In this document: piece by piece, positions 25,251 to 38,007 of the stretch | Layout of the letters: each line of letters opens with the position of its first letter | Position numbering within the stretch: the first letter of the stretch is position 1 | DNA from: Octopus sinensis | Lineage: Eukaryota | Reading direction: 5' to 3' | Assembly (NCBI RefSeq): GCF_006345805.1 | Contig: NC_042998.1 | Location: 74,586,001-74,650,000 of the forward strand | DNA: 64,000 nucleotides | Program-made: the position numbers and the translations under genes | The notes under the pieces: generated by a model | What the model saw: only the letters and a program-made list of their open reading frames with translations | Databases searched by the model: none | Told to the model about the DNA's origin: nothing

Positions 25251-25922
25251 AAAGAAGTAGTCCCACTACATCTTTATTTATTAACATGATCGGAAAACAT
25301 CACAGGATGTTATAAATTTTTCTATCAGAAATGGCTTCCATATTGTTCAACCATTAACATTACTGCCAGTACCACAAACACTCAGTTAATACATTCTGTT
25401 TCTTCCAGAAAGATAAGCCAAATCTTTGCAATATGCCATATTACTCACTTCTAACAGTTATTATATAAATGTATTTCTGATGTTCTTATCTTCATCCTTC
25501 TTCTCCCACCACTGAAGCGGAACCTGATGTAATACATTGTTTTACCTTGTTGAGGCCACACGCTAAGTGTTTTGTGTTTGGTTGGAGTGAAAACAATTGT
25601 ATAACTCCAATGTCTTGTGTTGAATTTTATGTTAGCATAAAGTGTATTTAAATGTTCCCACGCAATATTTAAGTGACAACAGCATTTTCATTTAAAGTCA
25701 TACTGCAGACAATTGCGGATCAACTGCAAAGGACATAATCATGACCTTTTTCTCCAAATGAAACCAATAAGAAAATTAAGACTAATTAATTAGAATTTCC
25801 CCATATATTCGTAAAATAATACTAATATAATGATTAATTGTAAAGGAAGTAACACGGTTTTAAAAATTTCGTGGTTTTGAATCTTTTCCAACTCGTGTGA
25901 GTATGTGTGTGTGTGTATATTT

Positions 25923-25996
<74 letters not shown>

Positions 25997-25997
<1 letters not shown>

Positions 25998-27391
25998 AGG
26001 GTGCGGTGAATAAACTGTCGTCTAAATAACGCAAAAATAAACTAACATATCATTTTAACAGATATATTTACCAAAATTACATAAAAATATCTTGAAATAC
26101 TAAAGAGTATATTTGTTCAACAAAATCGCCATTGGCTTCAACCAGTGCCTCTAGAAAACTTTGGAATCTCCTGCAACTCTTCTGGACGGTCTCCTTGTTT
26201 AAGTTGGTAAATGCTGTCATAATCCTTGCCTTCAGTTCATCTGTGGTGTTACAAGGAGTTTTGTTGGTCTCTCGCTCAACTGCGGCCCACACATAATAAC
26301 CAAGGGTGTTACAGTCTGGGGAGTTAGGTGGCCATATGTTAGGGGCGATGTGTTCGCAGAAATTGTTTGATAGCCATGACTGGTTACCCCTGCTTGTGTG
26401 GCATGGTGCAGAGTCCTGTTGCCAGACATAGGGTGTACCAGGAGCCACCCACTTGACCCAGGGCAGCACTACCGCCTCCTTCCATTTGATGTAGGGCTCA
26501 GTGTTGAGTCTGAGACCGTGTGAGATGAATGGAGGTATACCGTTGCCATCACTAGTGATCACTCCAAAGACTATGATATTGACTGGATGTTTGATTTTTA
26601 TTACTCTCGGTAGATGTTTTGGGGCACGGCTAGCCAACGGTTGTTTTGTGTGTTCACCATTTTATCCTGGCAGAATTTCTTCTCAGACGAGAAAGCATGT
26701 TCGGTTGGTGGGGAAGCTTAAGTTTGTTCAAAAGCTTCGTAGCGCGGTTTTTCCTCTTGTCCTTGATGATTTGGAATAAAAATTGGCCCTTTCTCATCTT
26801 GTATGAGGAATACCAAATGTCTTCATGCACTACCTGCCTGATAAGAAACTCAGACGGAGCTGGATCTCACTAACAAATTCAGAAGTTCCTTTCGTATGAG
26901 AACGATCAGAGTGAGTTTTTCGAGCTTCAGTACCTTCGTAATCACCATTAGACTCATCCAACTATTTTTGAATCCTCTGCTCTGTCTTCATGCACTACCT
27001 GCCTGATAAGAAACTCAGACATGGCTGGATCTCACTAACAAATTCAGGAGTTCTTTTCTTATGAGAACGATCAGAGTGAGTTTTCCGACCTTCAGTACCT
27101 TCGTAATCACCATTCGACTCAACCAACTATTTTTGAATCCTCTGCTCTGTCCTAAGATTAACACCCAAACACTCTAAAATGTTCATATTGGAGCATCCAG
27201 CGCGAAAGCCAAGCAGTATATGTCGTTTCCAAATTTGCGGCAGAGTGAATTGCGTCATAGTGCTGTGTTTCTCAGAGACAGTGCCCAACTGATCTTACTG
27301 GACTGCGTAGTCGACAAAATCAAAAGCAAACAATACGCATGAGCAAAAATTAAAAATTTTTAAATGGCGACAATTTACCCATCGCACCCTG
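25997..27391 (-). mobile_element. Tc1/mariner-superfamily transposon, maT (DD37D)-type, inactive
   Basis: TIRs aagggtgcggtgaataaactgtcg (25997) and cgacaatttacccatcgcaccctg (27368-27391); ORF 26077-26637 with QQDSAPCH..WPPNSPDCNTLGYYVW, 37 residues between D2 and the third catalytic position, which is G. Confidence 0.9.
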
Positions 27392-27714
27392 GACAGACGG
27401 TGACGTATGGACATTCTCAGATTTTCAGTTAACTGACCATCTGCCTGATGTTCAGTTACGTTAAACTTTGAGTAACAGTTAGTAATGTTTTTCAGCTTCA
27501 GTAAAACGCACGGACACAAAGACGACGCACACACACACGAGCGCACGGACACAAACACCACAACACGCACACACACACAACGCACACACAGATACGCACA
27601 CACACTCTTTCTACCCCCTCTCTCCCTCCCTTCCCGCCCTTCTCTCTCTATGTATATACATATATATAGATACATCCATGCATACATATATACATATATA
27701 ATATACACACACCC

Positions 27715-27765
<51 letters not shown>

Positions 27766-27766
27766 T

Positions 27767-27797
<31 letters not shown>

Positions 27798-27810
27798 ATA
27801 TAATATATAT

Positions 27811-28091
27811 TTAGTGAATTGAAGAAATGGAGTTGAACGAAGATTGAACAGAAATCGTTTATTGCATTCTACAACACGTGTTTCGAAAGCCTCGTTCGAT
27901 TTTTTTTGCTCCGCCTCTGTTCTGTTTTTGTTTTTTCCAACGGATTTCCTATTTCTTCCTGAAGAGAAAGACACAATATGGTCTCCTTATTCAATCGGAA
28001 TTTGGTAAATTGTGGCTTCGAAACACGTGTAGAATGCAATAAAACGATTTCTGTTCAATCTTCGTTCAACTCCATTTCTTCAATTCACTAA
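27811..28091. repeat. Fold-back element, ~78-bp arms, related to 6584-6832
   Basis: ttagtgaattgaagaaatggagttgaacg...gtgtttcgaaagc / gcttcgaaacacgtg...ctccatttcttcaattcactaa. Confidence 0.88.
27956..28034 (+). ncRNA. Type-I hammerhead-like motif
   Basis: ttc-CTGAAGA-gaa...ttc-GAAA-C-acgt-G-TA-gaa; core intact, short stems I and II. Confidence 0.55.
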
Positions 28092-28263
28092 TAATATTAA
28101 AATTCAATTATCCGCACCAACGCATGGTTGCAACACCATATGGTTGTACCTCCAACTGTGCTGTCTTCTGCTGTGATTTTTGCTACCAAGGTATCGGTTA
28201 AACTTTTGATTAATCTGCAACAAGATTATCATCTTTCTATTTCACAATATATATATATAATAT

Positions 28264-28308
<45 letters not shown>

Positions 28309-28393
28309 CATTCATATATAAATATACATATATACATAATAATATAAGTTATATATATATATATATATATATAGCTGCCTAATTCAATTTAAG

Positions 28394-28427
<34 letters not shown>

Positions 28428-28593
28428 ATATATATATATATATTTAAATGAATTGGGAAGACAATTTCCAAATCGATCAGGTACAATTCTTCAGCATTAT
28501 ATGCATCCACATATCGTACTTGGGATTTTATTTATCATATATTTATGTATTTATTTATAAATATGCAAAGTATCTGGTAAAAGTCAATATTAA

Positions 28594-28772
28594 TTCAATT
28601 TGGGGGAATTAATCGATATGCGGGTATTCTATTTCAGATAATATAAACATTAACCTAATGAGTATATCTGAAAGTAAACCATGAGTTTACTTTCAGATAT
28701 ACTCATTAAGTTATTTTTGTATGATCTGAAATAGAATACCCGCATATCGATTACCCCCCCCCCCAAATTGAA
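28594..28772. repeat. Palindromic element, ~85-bp arms, 5-nt centre
   Basis: ttcaatttgggg..atcgatatgcgggtattctatttcagat..aatgagtatatctgaaagtaaac-catga-gtttactttcagatatactcatt..atctgaaatagaatacccgcatatcgat..ccccaaattgaa. Confidence 0.88.
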
Positions 28773-28815
28773 GAAATAAATATGTATAATGTATATATAT
28801 ATATATATATATATA

Positions 28816-28934
<119 letters not shown>

Positions 28935-29112
28935 CAAGTATTCTATAATAATAAGCATAATTATAATCAGGGGTCAGCTAATTGCTTCGCCACGCACCGA
29001 ATTTAGAAATAGCAGTTAACATACCATTCCGCTACCATAAATAACTCCTAGACAGTAACACACTTTTTTTACGTAGGCAAAGAGGAAAAAAATCCGCATG
29101 ACTTAGATTAGC

Positions 29113-29176
29113 CACATATGCGTTTCGGGATTTATGGTAAAGTTATATTTACTTACTTATTTCACCTCATCAGTGC
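29113..29176 (-). ncRNA. Degenerate hammerhead-like motif
   Basis: Minus strand: tgca-CTGATGA-gg...cc-GAAA-C-gc-A-TA-tgtg; stem III mismatch. Confidence 0.35.
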
Positions 29177-29839
29177 AGCATTTCAAATATAAATTTGAGA
29201 GTGTTAGAATTTAAATATGTACGCGATCAAGCGTCATCGCATAACTGATATTTAACCAGCACTTCCAAAATTATACAGCCGAATGGGAATATATATTTAT
29301 CCTCAAATACCCACATGTGTTACGAGTAACCCTGCCGAAACTGCATCTTTCGATCAGGGAATAATTTATATTTCAATAATAACAAAATGTTAAAATTAAT
29401 TAACTAATAATTATTAAATTAATTAATTGAATTAATTAATAATTATTGAAATATATATATATATATATAAATAATTATGCTATTTTCTGTTAAGAACATA
29501 GCGACAATAGTACTAATTCCAGATAGATAGGATGCTGTTGAAGCCGAGAATTTGAATTTACAGAGACAATATTTATATATTACATGAGGAAACACAAATA
29601 GATCTCATAATGCAGGGAAACGGTTACATAACTAAATACCTGGAAGCTTGGAGAACTACGTTGCGTAGAAACAATTGTTGTGATTGCAAATAGCTGTTCA
29701 ACCGTACTCCTTCTTGTTGACTCTAACTTTTTCAATTATATATATATCAAAACGTAAGTGGGATGAGGTCCTCTACAGATGTTTCGGAAGCGTTTTTCTA
29801 TTGAAAAACATATTAAAATTTAACTTTGTTATTGTTATC

Positions 29840-29980
29840 TCTACAGATATTCAATAGAAATTATAGCCAGTACTGATTTTTGTTGCGACGTTTCGTATCC
29901 GAAACGTCAGATGTTTGTTTGTTTACATCTTGCGTAACAAAAATCAGCGCTGGCTAAATTTTCTATAGAATATCTGTAGA
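29840..29980. repeat. Nested fold-back element
   Basis: Outer arms tctacagatatt..tagccagtactgattttttgtt / aacaaaaatcagcgctggcta..atatctgtaga; inner hairpin gacgtttcg-tatc-cgaaacgtc (29887-29908). Confidence 0.75.
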
Positions 29981-30616
29981 TATCTGTAGAAAGCACACTG
30001 CTAACACAGTAGAACACGGTAACGACTTATAAAAACGTTTAATATACTCTATAGTATATAATGGTTGCATAACCGTTCTCTACAACTCCTTAATTAGAAT
30101 TTAAATCTAAAATTTAACATTAAGATTTAGCTCATAAAAAATATGTTGAGTTCCTCATCTCGGTGTGACGAATTATAATCCAGCCGAAGAAAGGCTTTTG
30201 TTTTTCATTATGTTAATAGGCTCATCAATAAAAGACGCGCCTGAAACAGCTGTGGTGAACCTCAACCAATTTATGTTTTTTACTTATTTTACACCATAGC
30301 GAAAACCTTCCCTTCGTTAGATCTGAAACTTAAAGTGGACCGTGAAACTGCAAGCCGAAGTATGTATGTATGCGATTTTACATTTACAACTATAATTATA
30401 TCAATGAGTATATTGATCTGTTCATGTGTATGTGTATGCAAGTGGTAGAACAAGCCCGCTTATACATTAATATATGCATGTGTGTCCATATATACTGTTG
30501 ATACAGGGATGTACTATTTTCGACCCTACCTTGGTGTCCTTATTAAAATAGCATGATTCAGTTTAATCCTGCAAATAATTTATCACATACACACACACAC
30601 ACACACATATATATAT

Positions 30617-30668
<52 letters not shown>

Positions 30669-30734
30669 TACACATATATGTATGTATGTATGTATGTATA
30701 TGTATGTATTTATGTATGTATGTATGTATGTATG

Positions 30735-30769
<35 letters not shown>

Positions 30770-31604
30770 GTATAGATATAGATATATAGTTTATATTTAA
30801 CAGCGTTGATTCAGTTACTCTTATTCCATATACAACCATATATTTTCTCTTCTAGACCCACATACGACCATATAACTGCATATTATATAAATGACCACAA
30901 CAGTCCTCTTTGAAGTTCCATTTCCGTTCATAGATTTACTTTAAATATCTGGCGCCAAGAAAGACTACTAAACCATACTTAACCTGAGATTCACCGTAGT
31001 GGAGCAGGCACTTCAGATTCTTGACGACTTTATAATCTTGGCTTTATAGTTTTATAAATCAGGTTTGGAGTAGATAACTAGGCTTTGATCATTGTCCATA
31101 TAAATATAAACGAAGGTATGATTAAATTTATGTTACGTCTCTGCTTTCCAGTGACTACTTAGTCCCAAATTCTTTGTAATGAACTGATTACATGAAATAC
31201 GTGTTTCATTAATATTACGGGTTAATTTAGAATGGTTGATAGAGACCCAGACTAAATGCAATGTGTCGCAGATTTGTTTTCGAAACTAAAGGCTCTGAGT
31301 TTTGATCGTGAAAACAAATTGTCAGAACTCGATCCAATTGATTATACGCTTCTGCTCAAGTTTCATATTTTTTGTCACTGTATGAAATCACTGCATGTAA
31401 CTGCAGAACCTTTTTACTAGTGCCAATTCTCTTGTACTAGTCTCTTGTACTAGCTCACTTATACTTGTACAACATCGGAAAATCATCCATATAATCTTGC
31501 AGTATTGTGAAAAACCTTCCAGTGCGAAGTATATATACATATACATATATACATACATACACCACACACACACACACACACCACACACACATATATATAT
31601 ATAC

Positions 31605-31640
<36 letters not shown>

Positions 31641-31836
31641 CCTATATATATATACATATATATATATATATACATATATATATTTATTATATATATATAT
31701 ATATACATATATATTATACATAATATAATATATATATATATATAACATATACATATTATATATACATATACATATACATATATATATATATACATATATA
31801 CATATATATATACATATATATATTTATACATATATA

Positions 31837-34800
31837 TACTTTGATACTTTGATAGGTTTCGGCCATTATTGGCCAGGCCATGTCTAACTTAATAGCACCA
31901 CCTGTGAAGTCTTTCAAGTCAGAATTTGGGCACTATGGCCCACTCAAGTAGAGAGTTATTGTTTACAGAGACATATCCGGTGTAGGGGGTTTATCCGGGA
32001 TTTCTTGAAGGAATCTGTCCAAAGACTTCTTGAACCCTATAGGGTCAGTTTCTGTTTTAATGTGTTTTGGTGTAATGTTAAAGAGAGCGGGGCCAATTGA
32101 GGTGAAATAATGGGCCGTATTGTTGTTATGAGATGAGAGTGCGATTTTTGTTTTGGCGGATGGCACGGGGTCCAGCCTTGGATGTACCTTAAAGGTGATG
32201 CCAACATCATTTGGGCAATGCTGATGGAATATTTTCCACATCATGCAGATGATGTAGCGCTCACGACGACGTTGGAGAGAATAGAGTTTAGCTTTTCTAG
32301 CCGACCCCAATAGTCGAGGCCTGTCATGCCATCTATCTTTTTTGTATTGCCCTTTGAGGCGCTTCAACTTTATGATACCTTGTATTGTGTGGGGAGACCA
32401 CAGTGGACAACAGTATTCAAGGTGGGGTCGGGCAAAAGTGGAGAAGAGAAGATAATGGTGTGGATATCTCTCGACTGGAAAGTTCTGAGAATCCAGGCAC
32501 ATTCTGCGGGCCATGTCACTTTGGTGTTTATATGAGTGGCCCAGCTTACGTTGTTGTCCACAATTACTCCCAAGTCTCTGATGTTGTTGGACGCCGCGAG
32601 AGTTTCACCTGAAGGAGGGAGTATGGGAGTTTCAGGGCATCCTCTTTCCAAAGTGGATTAGCTCAAATTTATCCTCGTTCAGCAGCATATTTGTTTTTTC
32701 TGCCCAATGGATAACAGCCAGTAGATCTGACTGAAGGCATGTCCGGTCACTCGCCTCATTATGACCTTCTGTAGCTTGGAGTCATCTGCAAGATTTTTAT
32801 GTTGCTGTGCTTGATGATGTCATTAATGTCATTAATGTAAATGATGAAAAGAAGTGGGCCCAGCAGTGCCTTGCGGAACGCCACTACTGACTTTGGCTGG
32901 GCTTGATTTTACCCCTTCACTACAACATGTTGAGATCTGTCTGTCAGGAAACCACTTAATCCATTTCAGTAACTTTCCAGAGACACCAATGTTGGATATT
33001 TTTTCAATAGGATCTTGTGATCGACCCTGTCGAAGGCCTTACTGAAATCAAGGTAGATGACATCGGTGTTGGAGCCCTCTCCCAAGCTCTCAAAATGTCC
33101 TCAAAGTGATGCAGGAGCTGCGTTAGGCAGTCCCTTCCATTACGGAACCCATGTTGGTTGGAGATCAGCGTCTTTGTTGCTTTCCAGAAATTGGGTTATT
33201 CGAGATCTCACCACCCTCTCAAATACCTTGATGATATGAGAGGTGAGTGAGATCGGACGGTAATTCACTGCAAGGGACTTGTTTCCCTTTTTGAAAACTG
33301 GGACAACAGACGGGGACAGAAGGTTTTTTGGAATATAGCCAGCATCCAGTGAGTTTCTCCCAGATTAGCAAGGGGAGATGCAAGTTGGTGTAGACACACC
33401 TTCAGGACACAAGCAGGGAACCTATCGGGCCTACTGCTGAATTGTGTTTTATTTCGTTTATCGCCGCTAAGACATCAGGGGCACTAAACGTATGTCCGAT
33501 ATAGTGTGTTGGGGGTTGACATCATGATACAGCCCAGATCGGCCATATCAGGATTGCTGAAAACAGAGCAGTATTGTTTCTGCAGCGTATCTCGGCCATG
33601 GATTTGGCATTATCTTGGAGAGTGCCAGTTTCGTCAATTAGAGGGCCTACAGTGGAGACAGTGACCCTGCGTTTCTCGCAAAGGAAAAGAACACTTGGGG
33701 TTGAGTTTGATTTTTTCAATGGCCCACTTCTCCTCACTGATCTTTGGTTATTGATGAGGGTCTTCATGCATTGTTGGAGTTATATTTTTTGGATTCAAGC
33801 AGTGCGATAGCCGTCGAATGTGTGTGTTGCTGTTGGCAGTACTTTAGTTTGTTAATTTTTTTGTTTGTTCTTTTTATTTTTCTGATAATGGTTTTTCTGT
33901 TTTGGGGGATTCTGCACTTTTTGTTCACAGGTCTTGGTGGGGAGTGTTTTGCACATATGTCTGTGACGGTGTCTACAAAGATCTGCCAAGATGTTTTATG
34001 GTTGGTGGAGATGTGTGTATGTGTAAAGGACCAGTCAACATTTGATAGCTCGTTCCTGATTGCATCCCAGTTGGCTTTATGGAGATCCATGTTGGCAAAT
34101 GGGTGGGCTGGAGGAAGGTCACTAGGATTAGCTTTCGGCTGGTGGAATTTCATGTTACAGAGAACCATGTCATGGTCTGAAAGAAGGTTTTTTCCACTGT
34201 AACGTTATGTATAGTGTTAGTGTGGTTACTAAACACTAGGTCCAAAATGTTCTGATGTCTTGTTGGTGCAAGGACAATTGGGACAAGAAAAACTCATTCG
34301 TAAAGTCGAAAAGTGACTCTGCTGCTTCTTTGTCAGCGGTTGAGGCGGGAGTGCTTGGTTTCAAACAGTTTTTAGTCCAGTCAACACAGGGTAGATTGAA
34401 GTCTCCCTCATGAGAGTGTGTTGCTAGAATGGCACTGTTGAATAAAGCACTTAATGCTGTTGAGGCATTCTTTAAAGCACAGTATGGGTGTTTGGGGCGG
34501 GCCTATAGAGCCCAATTACTGTCAGGTCATTGCTTGCTTGTGTTGTGCACGGTGACTGATTCACAGTAGCCATTGAGAATATACTATTTCCATCTGCCGT
34601 AAATGAATCATGCAGGAAATGGCAGTCCACCCTTCCTCCTGCCGATACGATCCGCGCGGATGGTTTGTGAATTCTTCACTCTCACTTCGGCTTCCAAGTG
34701 GGAGTTGTCAAGGTGGGTCTCAGTGAGAATGAAGAAAGGGATGTGGTGTGAATGGTTACCAACCCAGTCTTCAATGAATGGACCTTCCATTTTTTGCATT

Positions 34801-35085
34801 GATGGAAGGGCTGACACCTTGTGCATTGAGTAGGAATGTGGAGGTTAGTGTAGTGGCTGGTTTGACTGTTGCAGGGTGCTTGGATTTTTGTGTGTGTTAG
34901 TGGCAGCAATGTGGGGAATTGGTGCACTGGGGTAATAGCATAGGATGGTGTTGAGTGATGGCTAGAATGTTTTTGTTGTATCTCTTTTGCCATGTTCAAC
35001 ATGGCTAAAAAGAATTTTCCTGCTTAGGGAGCAGTTTTTGGCTGGAGGTGTGGGGTTGCACTGTGGTTGCACTGTTGTTTGCACT
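31837..35085 (-). mobile_element. CR1-group LINE (APE endonuclease plus RT), degenerate, near full-length ORF2
   Basis: APE: FILTETHL..IRADR..RKGG; RT: NYRPISLTSHIIKV, LDFSKAF, GVPQGTAGPT, FADDSK; C-terminus RPHLEYCCPLWSP..YSLQRRRERY..FKKSLDRFLQEIPDKP; (CAAAGTAT)2 tail. Confidence 0.92.
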
Positions 35086-35368
35086 ATATATATTACATAT
35101 ATATATATACATATATATATACATATATATAATACATATATTATATACATATATATATATATTATGTATATATATATATACATACACATATATATATATA
35201 TATATACATATATATATACATATATATACATATATATATATATACATATAAATAATATTATACTATATATATATACATATATATCATATATATACTATAG
35301 ATATATTATTACATATATATATATATATATATAATTATAATAGCTACATATATATATATACATATATA

Positions 35369-35415
<47 letters not shown>

Positions 35416-35460
35416 ATATATATATAATATATATTATTATATATATATATATATATATGT
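35086..35460. repeat. Long degenerate (TA)n tract
   Basis: Direct reading. Confidence 0.95.
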
Positions 35461-36001
35461 ATTTGTGTGTGTGGTGCGTGTGTGTGCGTGTATGTGTGGT
35501 GTGTGTGTATTATACATGCGGAGGAAGCTTTTAAGGTGTTAGGTAGTAATGTTTACTTTTTATTTCTTACTATCAGAATAACATGAGGCAATAGAATATG
35601 CTTACATTGGAAAATCATTTCATTGAAAGCAAGGAGGCAAAAAAAGCGACGTATTCGAAAGATGAGTATATGAGTATATGTGAATATAAAGGGAGATATA
35701 AGAATATCAGAGCAAAATGTAATAAGGAAATGGTTTGCATATGAATATCTGTGATGAAATATGTCAAGGGGAGCTTTTGTGTGGAACAGGAATGTATGAG
35801 TAAAGGCTTAGTGTTAATGTGTAGAAGAAAGATGTGTCGGGTGGTAGGATGGAAACAAGGATTTTTATAAGAATATTGATCAAATTTGTTTTCAGAGGTA
35901 AAGGTGCTAGCTGCAAGTAGTTAATAGATAAATGAATGAATAAATAAATAGATGGAAAGAAAGAAAGGCAAATAGTTAGATAGATAGATAGACAGACAGA
36001 C

Positions 36002-36047
<46 letters not shown>

Positions 36048-36160
36048 GTATAGCTATGCATGGATATATGAATAGGTGAATAGAAATATATTTGGATAGA
36101 AAAAAAATAGGTTGAAAGCTACGTTGGTAGTTGAATATATGGATATATACATACATACAT

Positions 36161-36217
<57 letters not shown>

Positions 36218-36254
36218 GAAACATAGATAGATAACCGGATGGATGAATAGATAT

Positions 36255-36492
36255 TCTTTTTTTCTCTTATTCTTTTTTTATATCAATCATTTGACTGCAG
36301 CCATGATGAAGCACCACCTTTTAGTCAAACAAATCGACCCAGAACTTATTCTTTGTAAGCCTAGTACTTATTCTATCGGTCTCTTTTGCCGACCCGCTAA
36401 GTTACGGGGACGTGAACACACCAACATCGGCTGTTAAGCAATAGTGGTGGGACACACACACACAAACATACATACATACATACATACATACA

Positions 36493-36564
<72 letters not shown>

Positions 36565-36737
36565 ATATATATATACGACAGCTTCTTTCAGGATTCCCTC
36601 TACCAAATCCACTCATAAGGCTTTGGTCGGCCCGAGGCTATAGTAGAAGACACTTATCCAAGGAGCCACGCAGTGGGATTGAACCCGGAACCCCGAAACC
36701 ATGTGTTTGGGAAGCCACTTTCTTACCACACAGCCAC
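36255..36737 (-). mobile_element. tRNA-derived SINE, family A, with expanded internal (CATA)n/(TA)n
   Basis: Collinear with 8989-9385. Confidence 0.88.
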
Positions 36738-36738
36738 G

Positions 36739-36780
<42 letters not shown>

Positions 36781-36854
36781 TGATTGAGATTTAGTTTAGC
36801 GATCCACGGAGAGATAAATAGAAAGATGAATAGATAGTTATATATATATATATT

Positions 36855-37420
36855 TTTTTCTCTTACGAGGTTTTTCACGCTAACTACTGATAATTTCTTA
36901 TAAAGATTTTATCCTTATTTTTAAAGTTATATTTTTCACCGGAATAGTTCAATACCGAATTTTTGTTCCGAGTAGGCAAGTTGTTACCGAAATGCATTGC
37001 GAATAAGCCCGCCATTTTCATAGATATGTAAAGATAAACATTCGTACATGCTGTGGCGAATTCTACAGTTGGCTGTCGGGTATGTAATGTTGTGTTTTTT
37101 CTTATATGTCTTGAGTTCGCTGCACTGAAGAGCATAGAATGCATATTCTGCATTGATTGCGAAATCACAGGTGATATGTAACTAAATTCTGTTTTTAAAT
37201 GACTTGCTTTGAAGTTTTGCATTCGCTACAATTTGTTTATTTTAGTAGTTTTGACTGCAAAAGTCCCTCCTAGCGTGCGGTACCTATGAATAATAGTACC
37301 CTCTATATAATATAAACAAATATTTTCAAAGTGGAAAAATTTACAGAGTTTTTCTCTTACGAGGTTTTTCACGCTAACTACTGATAATTTCTTATAAAGA
37401 TTTTATCCTTATTTTTAAAT
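36855..37420 (+). mobile_element. ORF-less HHR-bearing unit 1: ~494-nt monomer plus ~70-nt partial tandem copy (PLE-pLTR/retrozyme-like)
   Basis: tcttacgaggtttttcacgctaactactgataatttc at 36861 and again at 37355; homologous along its length to unit 2. Confidence 0.75.
37121..37180 (+). ncRNA. Type-I hammerhead ribozyme, intact core
   Basis: tgca-CTGAAGA-gca...tgc-GAAA-tcac-ag-gtga-TA-tgta; predicted cleavage after 37176. Confidence 0.68.
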
Positions 37421-37434
37421 TAAATATATATATG

Positions 37435-37488
<54 letters not shown>

Positions 37489-37618
37489 ATAATTTATATA
37501 TAGAGGGCATTATTATACATACATGCCACACGCTAAGAGGGACAAATTAGTCATTTCTACCAAAATTTTACTAATCTCACCGAATGCAATTTTTCAAAGT
37601 AAGACATTTAAAAATATG

Positions 37619-37665
37619 GACTTGTATCACCTGTGATTTCATACTTCTGTATTCATCAGCAAGTC
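37619..37665 (-). ncRNA. Type-I hammerhead ribozyme, intact (inverted copy)
   Basis: Minus strand: gacttg-CTGATGA-atac-agaa-gtat-GAAA-tcac-ag-gtga-TA-caagtc. Confidence 0.82.
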
Positions 37666-37960
37666 TGGACGTATCATAAATAAATGTTCAATAAGAAAGA
37701 ATTATTTTCGAAATTTTTTCTCTTATGAGGTTTTTCACGCTATCTACCCGATAATTTCTTGTTAAGTTTTCCTTATTAAGAAGTTGACCTTAATGCTAAA
37801 TTTTTATTCCGAAAAAACTTTCCTTTCCCGAAATGCAATTCGTAAAAGTCTGCCATTTACCGGATGTAATATATGTAAACTAACCCATGTGCGTCGTTGA
37901 TGTTGGTCAGTTGGCTGCCCAGCTTTGACGATGTAGGGTCGTTTATTTATGATACGTCCA

Positions 37961-38007
37961 GACTTGCTGATGAATACAGAGGTATGAAATCACAGGTGAT
38001 ACAAGTC
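37961..38007 (+). ncRNA. Type-I hammerhead ribozyme, intact
   Basis: gacttg-CTGATGA-atac-agag-gtat-GAAA-tcac-ag-gtga-TA-caagtc; all three stems perfectly paired; AUA triplet, cleavage after 38001. Confidence 0.85.

Noticed and set aside
27295-27708. Minus-strand 'first exon' with GGTAAAT donor, and plus-strand MATIYPSHPG ORF
   Set aside because: The donor and the ATG fall inside the right TIR of the maT transposon; the rest is microsatellite.
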